Positions 59,357 through 64,000 of a stretch of DNA of 64,000 nt are shown here, piece by piece. Numbering within the stretch: position 1 is the first letter of the stretch; each line of letters begins with the position of its first letter. Source of the stretch: Nostoc sp. (GTDB lineage: Bacteria; Cyanobacteriota; Cyanobacteriia; Cyanobacteriales; Nostocaceae). Where the stretch lies: NCBI GenBank assembly GCA_036918135.1, contig JBALDB010000065.1, positions 32,001 through 96,000 on the forward strand, written 5' to 3'. The notes under the pieces are model-generated. The model was not told the DNA's origin. It ran no database searches and was given only the letters and a program-made list of their open reading frames with translations. The translations under genes and the position numbers were made by a program.

Positions 59357-60730
59357 ATGAATAACTCAGGTGCATTCAATAAACTACGTCCTTTAAGTTT
59401 GTTAAGACAGTTATCTAATTGCTCCGAGAGTACTTGTTTACAAACATTGAGTAACTCAGTTTCTTGGTCGATTTACTTAGAACAGGGCAAAATAACTTAC
59501 GCAACCCATTCAGTAGAACCGTTCGATAGGTTAGAACGGCATTTGCGTCGCTTGAGCCATCAAATTCCACTACTTACCAACGAGGTTCGCATTCAGGTTC
59601 GTCTGATGTTTGAACCTGACTCGCACACTCAGTTAATCGAACATTACAGTCAATCAAAAAGCCAGCCTCCTGAATATCATGCTATATACTGGCTTATGAG
59701 TCAACAACATTTACATTCTACCCAAGCAGCAGTATTGATTCAAGAATTAGTTAAAGAGGTAATTGAATCATTTTTGCTAATCAAAGAAGGTACTTATGAA
59801 CTAACAGAACCACTTAATAGAATGCCAAAAATTTGCAGGTTTGATACGGAAAAAATTTTAGAACGTTGCCAAATAAAATTAGAAAATTGGCAGTCTTTTA
59901 TACCACATATTTCTTCTCCATATCAACGCCCATATCTATTGGCTAACAGCCAATTGGAAGAAAAAGATTTACCAAACCTCCAGCCAAATTTAATTAACTG
60001 GATGAAAGGTTTTAGTCTTTGTCATTTAGCGGCAATTTTAAATCAAGATGAAATTCAACTAGCTCGCCAATTATACCCTTACATCGTTAAAGGGAGAATT
60101 ATCTTGCATGAACCAGATCCACCATTTGATAAACTACCAAAGATATTTGAAGAGCGAGCGCATTTCCCAAAACTGACTACAGAATCAATTGATACCAAAA
60201 ATGAAGTCAATACTTACCCAGATATTCCGAAAGAGAATATAGATATTATTGAGCAATTACCAGAGATTTCTACTCCTCCAAAAGCAGACTTTCAGGAACC
60301 AACAATATCAAATAACATAAATTCAGCTTCCCAAAAAGTAACTCCTGCTACTGGAACTACACAAAAAGTCCATAAAATTGTTTCTGTAGATGATAGCCCC
60401 ACAGTTCTCAAAGAAATTAGCTATTTCTTAGAAAATGAAAATTTTTCTGTAGTGACTATTAACGACCCATTAAAAGCTGTTTTGTCTATTATCAGGCACA
60501 AACCGGACTTAATTTTACTGGATTTAAACATGCTAGGAATTGATGGTTATGAATTGTGCAGAATTATCCGCAATAATTCTATGTTTAAGCAGACCCCTAT
60601 TATCTTTGTCACTGGTAGCAAAGGAATTGTAGACAAAGTAAGAGCGAGATTAGTCGGGGCATCTGGATATTTGACGAAACCGTTTACTCGTGCTGAATTA
60701 TTGAAAATAGTTTTTATGCACTTAACTTAA
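59357..60730 (+). CDS. PatA-family response regulator (PATAN N-terminus + receiver)
   Basis: WSIYLEQGKITYATHS, ISSPYQRPY; C-terminal VDDSP, LLDLNM, GASGYLTKPF. Confidence 0.88.
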   Translation: MNNSGAFNKLRPLSLLRQLSNCSESTCLQTLSNSVSWSIYLEQGKITYATHSVEPFDRLERHLRRLSHQIPLLTNEVRIQVRLMFEPDSHTQLIEHYSQSKSQPPEYHAIYWLMSQQHLHSTQAAVLIQELVKEVIESFLLIKEGTYELTEPLNRMPKICRFDTEKILERCQIKLENWQSFIPHISSPYQRPYLLANSQLEEKDLPNLQPNLINWMKGFSLCHLAAILNQDEIQLARQLYPYIVKGRIILHEPDPPFDKLPKIFEERAHFPKLTTESIDTKNEVNTYPDIPKENIDIIEQLPEISTPPKADFQEPTISNNINSASQKVTPATGTTQKVHKIVSVDDSPTVLKEISYFLENENFSVVTINDPLKAVLSIIRHKPDLILLDLNMLGIDGYELCRIIRNNSMFKQTPIIFVTGSKGIVDKVRARLVGASGYLTKPFTRAELLKIVFMHLT

Positions 60731-60969
60731 ATTTATCGATATATAGACTTATAACTAGTAGAAATATAATGAGATTATATTATATAAACATTGTACTACA
60801 TGGGTTTTACCCAAAATAGTCATTTCATTCATTTACTCAAAAAATTAACTCTTAAATGCTTAATATATCTAAAGTATCAAAATTGAATCTTATCAGATTG
60901 ATCTAAGGTTAAGAATTACCAAGAAAGAAATTACTACTACTTGAGTAATATTTTTTATATGGAACTTAC

Positions 60970-61119
60970 TATAGGACTCATATTTTATTTTTAAAATATA
61001 CGTAGGGTGCGTTACGCCAAATGTTAACGCACCAGTTAACGATTTAGATGCGTTAGGCTACGCCATAACACACCCTACAGATACTTAGATTTTTTCAGAA
61101 ATAAAATCGGACTTCTATA
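60970..61119. mobile_element. MITE-like element with internal REP-like gtagggtg...caccctac
   Basis: Imperfect TIRs tataggactcatattttattt / aaataaaatcggacttctata; internal inverted repeat 61002-61078. Confidence 0.6.
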
Positions 61120-61396
61120 TATCTATTTAAAATTTAAAATTGTTGGGAGTGGTTATATTGTTATCTACAACAAAATCTTTAAGGGAGTAGCTAAACTGGA
61201 AACGAAAGCGATCGCTGCGGTAAACAGCTCGGTCTTAGCGTACAGGTTTTGGAGTAGACTTTTGTAATCAAACTTCTGCGGTAATTGCTGGGTTTGTGAA
61301 AGAAAAATTCATCTGTGTTTTACAGGTGATTGTTCCTGCTGCTAGCAAACACTCTAAAATGAGAGCAACAGACGATTCCTCAAACCAGCACATTCC

Positions 61397-63856
61397 ATGC
61401 GTATTTCTCTAAATTGGCTGCGCGAACTAGTAGAGATAAAACTTAGTCCAGAAGAATTGGCCGAAACCCTGACGATGGCGGGGTTTGAAGTAGAAGATAT
61501 TGAAGACCGCCGTACTTGGGCAAATGGTGTTGTTGTGGGAAGAGTGCTTGAGCGTCAACCACACCCCAATGCTGATAAATTAAGTGTTTGTCAAGTGGAT
61601 ATCGGCGCAGATGAAACTTTAAATATTGTCTGTGGTGCCGCTAATGTCAAGGCAGATATCTATGTGCCAGTAGCAACTACAGGTACTTATTTACCCAACA
61701 TTGATTTAAAAATTAAACCTGCAAAACTGCGCGGTGTTCCCTCTCAGGGCATGATTTGTTCTTTAAAAGAACTCGGTTTGCCCACTGATGTAGACGGAAT
61801 TCATATTTTTCCCCAAGAAAATTTACCCTTGGGTAGCGATGTGCGTCCGTTGTTGGGTTTAGATGATGTAATTTTAGACCTTACGGCAACCGCTAATCGC
61901 GCTGATGCTCTATGTATGGTAGGCGTAGCACGGGAAGTCGCAGCCTTAACTGGTGGAAAACTCAGCATTCCTGTACCGGGTGAAGTGCCAACTAGCAAAA
62001 ATCCAGGAAATTTAGCTTTAAAAATTGCCGATACCCAAGCTTGTCCCGCGTACATTGGTACAGTAATCGAACAAATTAAAATTGCCCTATCTCCTGAATG
62101 GTTGCAACAGCGCTTACGGGCTGCTGGAGTACGTCCGATAAATAATGTGGTGGACATTACTAACTACGTGTTGTTGGAATGGGGACAACCGCTACACGCC
62201 TTCGATCGCGATCGCCTAAAATCAGTTGCAAGTAGCGAAAGTTTAACTATCGGCGTCCGCTTCGCCACTGCTGGAGAATCCCTCAAAACCCTGGATGGAC
62301 AAACTCGCACTTTAGCATCCCAAAATTTATTAATTACTGCTAACGACAAACCCGTGGCCTTAGCGGGAGTTATGGGTGGAGAAGAAACCGAAGTCTATGA
62401 AGGTACTCAAAGCCTAGTTTTAGAAGCCGCTTTATTTGATTCCGTGGCAATTCGCCGTTCTTCTCGCAGTGTTGGCTTAAGAAGTGAAGCTTCTGGTAGA
62501 TACGAAAGAGGAGTTAACCGCGCTGAATTGGAAGTTGCAAATCGCCGCGCCTTGTCCTTAATTTGCGAATTAGCGAGTGGAATTATTGTGCAGCAGGAAA
62601 TTGCCGACACTCGCCCCGACCCATCTACCTGGAGTCGTTCTATTGCACTGCGTTTAGAAAGAGTCAATCAGGTACTTGGGCCAATCGATTTCGGAGAAGA
62701 GACAGCAGAACTTCAAGGACAAGACATTGAAAGGATTCTGACTGCATTAGGATGTCAGGTGACTCCTTCAGGCAACGTCTTAGGACAAGACAATACACTT
62801 CAACCCACGTGGTCTGTTTCTGTACCACCCTATCGTTACCGCGACTTAGAACGGGAAATCGATTTAATTGAAGAAATCGCCCGTCTTTATGGGTACAACA
62901 GATTTTGTGATACCTTACCAGAAAAAGCGGAAGCGGGTTATCTGCCTTTAGACCAGGAAGTGATTCGCAAATTACGAGCTTTTTTACGGGCAGAAGGTTT
63001 AACAGAATTAATTCATTATTCTTTAGTTAAGCCAGGAGAAGACAGACAAATAGTATTAACAAACCCATTGTTTGTAGAATATTCAGCGCTGCGAACTGAT
63101 TTAATATCTGGGTTAATTGACGCCTATCAATATAATGTAGAGCAGGGTAACGGTGGCCTCAACGGCTTTGAAATCGGGCAAATTTTCTGGCAAGAAGACG
63201 GTTTGCAAGAAGCAGAAGCCTTAGCTGGTATTATGGGAGGCGATCGCTCTGTCGGCAAATGGTCAAAAAGTGGTCGAGAACAACCCTTGACTTGGTTTGA
63301 AGCCAAAGGCATTTTAGAAAGTGTATTTCGCCAACTCGGCTTGCAAGTAGAATATCAACCCGATCGCCGAGATGAACGCTTACATCCAGGACGCACCGCT
63401 TCCTTATGGATTAGAGGTAACAGTCTAGGTATTTTTGGACAAATTCATCCCCAACTGCGGCGCGAAAAAGGCTTACCAGATTCAGTCTATGTTTTCCAGT
63501 TAGATTTAAATGTACTTTTAAATTCTTTAGACGAAGATGGAATTCTCATCTCCACATTTACTCCCTACTCTACCTACCCAGCAAGCGATCGCGACATCGC
63601 CTTTTTTGCACCCGTAAAAGTCTCAGTAGGCGAACTTCAAAAAGCAATTACCAAAGCTGGCAAAGATTTACTCGAATCAGTGGAATTGTTTGATGAATAT
63701 CGTGGCGAAAACGTCCCTGAAGGTCAGCGTAGTCTAGCATTCCGCCTAGTTTATCGGGCAAACGATCGTACCCTCACTGATGCTGAAGTCGAACCAGTAC
63801 ACAATAAAGTCCGCGAAGCCTTAGTGGAAAAATTCGGCGTCAATTTAAGAAGTTAG
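61397..63856 (+). CDS. pheT: Phenylalanine--tRNA ligase beta subunit
   Basis: [60 protein letters not shown]. Confidence 0.98.
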   Translation: MRISLNWLRELVEIKLSPEELAETLTMAGFEVEDIEDRRTWANGVVVGRVLERQPHPNADKLSVCQVDIGADETLNIVCGAANVKADIYVPVATTGTYLPNIDLKIKPAKLRGVPSQGMICSLKELGLPTDVDGIHIFPQENLPLGSDVRPLLGLDDVILDLTATANRADALCMVGVAREVAALTGGKLSIPVPGEVPTSKNPGNLALKIADTQACPAYIGTVIEQIKIALSPEWLQQRLRAAGVRPINNVVDITNYVLLEWGQPLHAFDRDRLKSVASSESLTIGVRFATAGESLKTLDGQTRTLASQNLLITANDKPVALAGVMGGEETEVYEGTQSLVLEAALFDSVAIRRSSRSVGLRSEASGRYERGVNRAELEVANRRALSLICELASGIIVQQEIADTRPDPSTWSRSIALRLERVNQVLGPIDFGEETAELQGQDIERILTALGCQVTPSGNVLGQDNTLQPTWSVSVPPYRYRDLEREIDLIEEIARLYGYNRFCDTLPEKAEAGYLPLDQEVIRKLRAFLRAEGLTELIHYSLVKPGEDRQIVLTNPLFVEYSALRTDLISGLIDAYQYNVEQGNGGLNGFEIGQIFWQEDGLQEAEALAGIMGGDRSVGKWSKSGREQPLTWFEAKGILESVFRQLGLQVEYQPDRRDERLHPGRTASLWIRGNSLGIFGQIHPQLRREKGLPDSVYVFQLDLNVLLNSLDEDGILISTFTPYSTYPASDRDIAFFAPVKVSVGELQKAITKAGKDLLESVELFDEYRGENVPEGQRSLAFRLVYRANDRTLTDAEVEPVHNKVREALVEKFGVNLRS

Positions 63857-64000
63857 TTATTTTTCATTGGTCATTGGTCATTTGTCAATAGTTAGGAGTT
63901 AAGAATTAAGCTATTACGCCTTTAAATTACACAATCACTTCTTAAGTTCGTTGACTGCTGACGGGTAACAGTCAACACGAAAAAATGTACTGTGTTAGAT

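Overview
Chromosomal window from a heterocyst-forming cyanobacterium (Nostocales-like), judged from frequent HIP1 GCGATCGC octamers, 7-bp STRR tandem repeats, MITEs and hep genes. (1) trmB is followed by a ~12.5 kb RiPP-type cluster (1044-13570). It encodes an APH-family kinase, three double-glycine precursor peptides (two absent from the ORF track), a HopA1-like putative phospho-Ser/Thr lyase, a divergent aldo/keto reductase, two PpiC-like proteins, a CPBP/Abi protease, HlyD, a C39-peptidase ABC exporter and an IS630-like HTH protein. (2) Mixed housekeeping and accessory genes occupy 14.5-28.8 kb: DUF4058, a protein O-mannosyltransferase, a GNAT, xisHI, ppsA, a PEP-CTERM repeat protein, an ATPase+TPR pair and Uma2. 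(3) A heterocyst envelope polysaccharide (hep) island spans 28.8-54.2 kb. (4) A vWA/PP2C/kinase triad, a PatA-family regulator and pheT close the window. The standout is the RiPP cluster. All three cores end in a 15-residue stretch with every second residue Thr (Ser/Cys/Pro at three positions in precursor 2). Core 1 (ITITVTVTWTWTWTW) has Trp at 9/11/13/15 and Thr at the Gly/D-residue positions of gramicidin A. I infer, without experimental support, a ribosomal route (Thr -> dehydrobutyrine -> D-aminobutyrate) to alternating L/D membrane-active peptides. All family assignments come from motif recognition by eye; no database searches were run.
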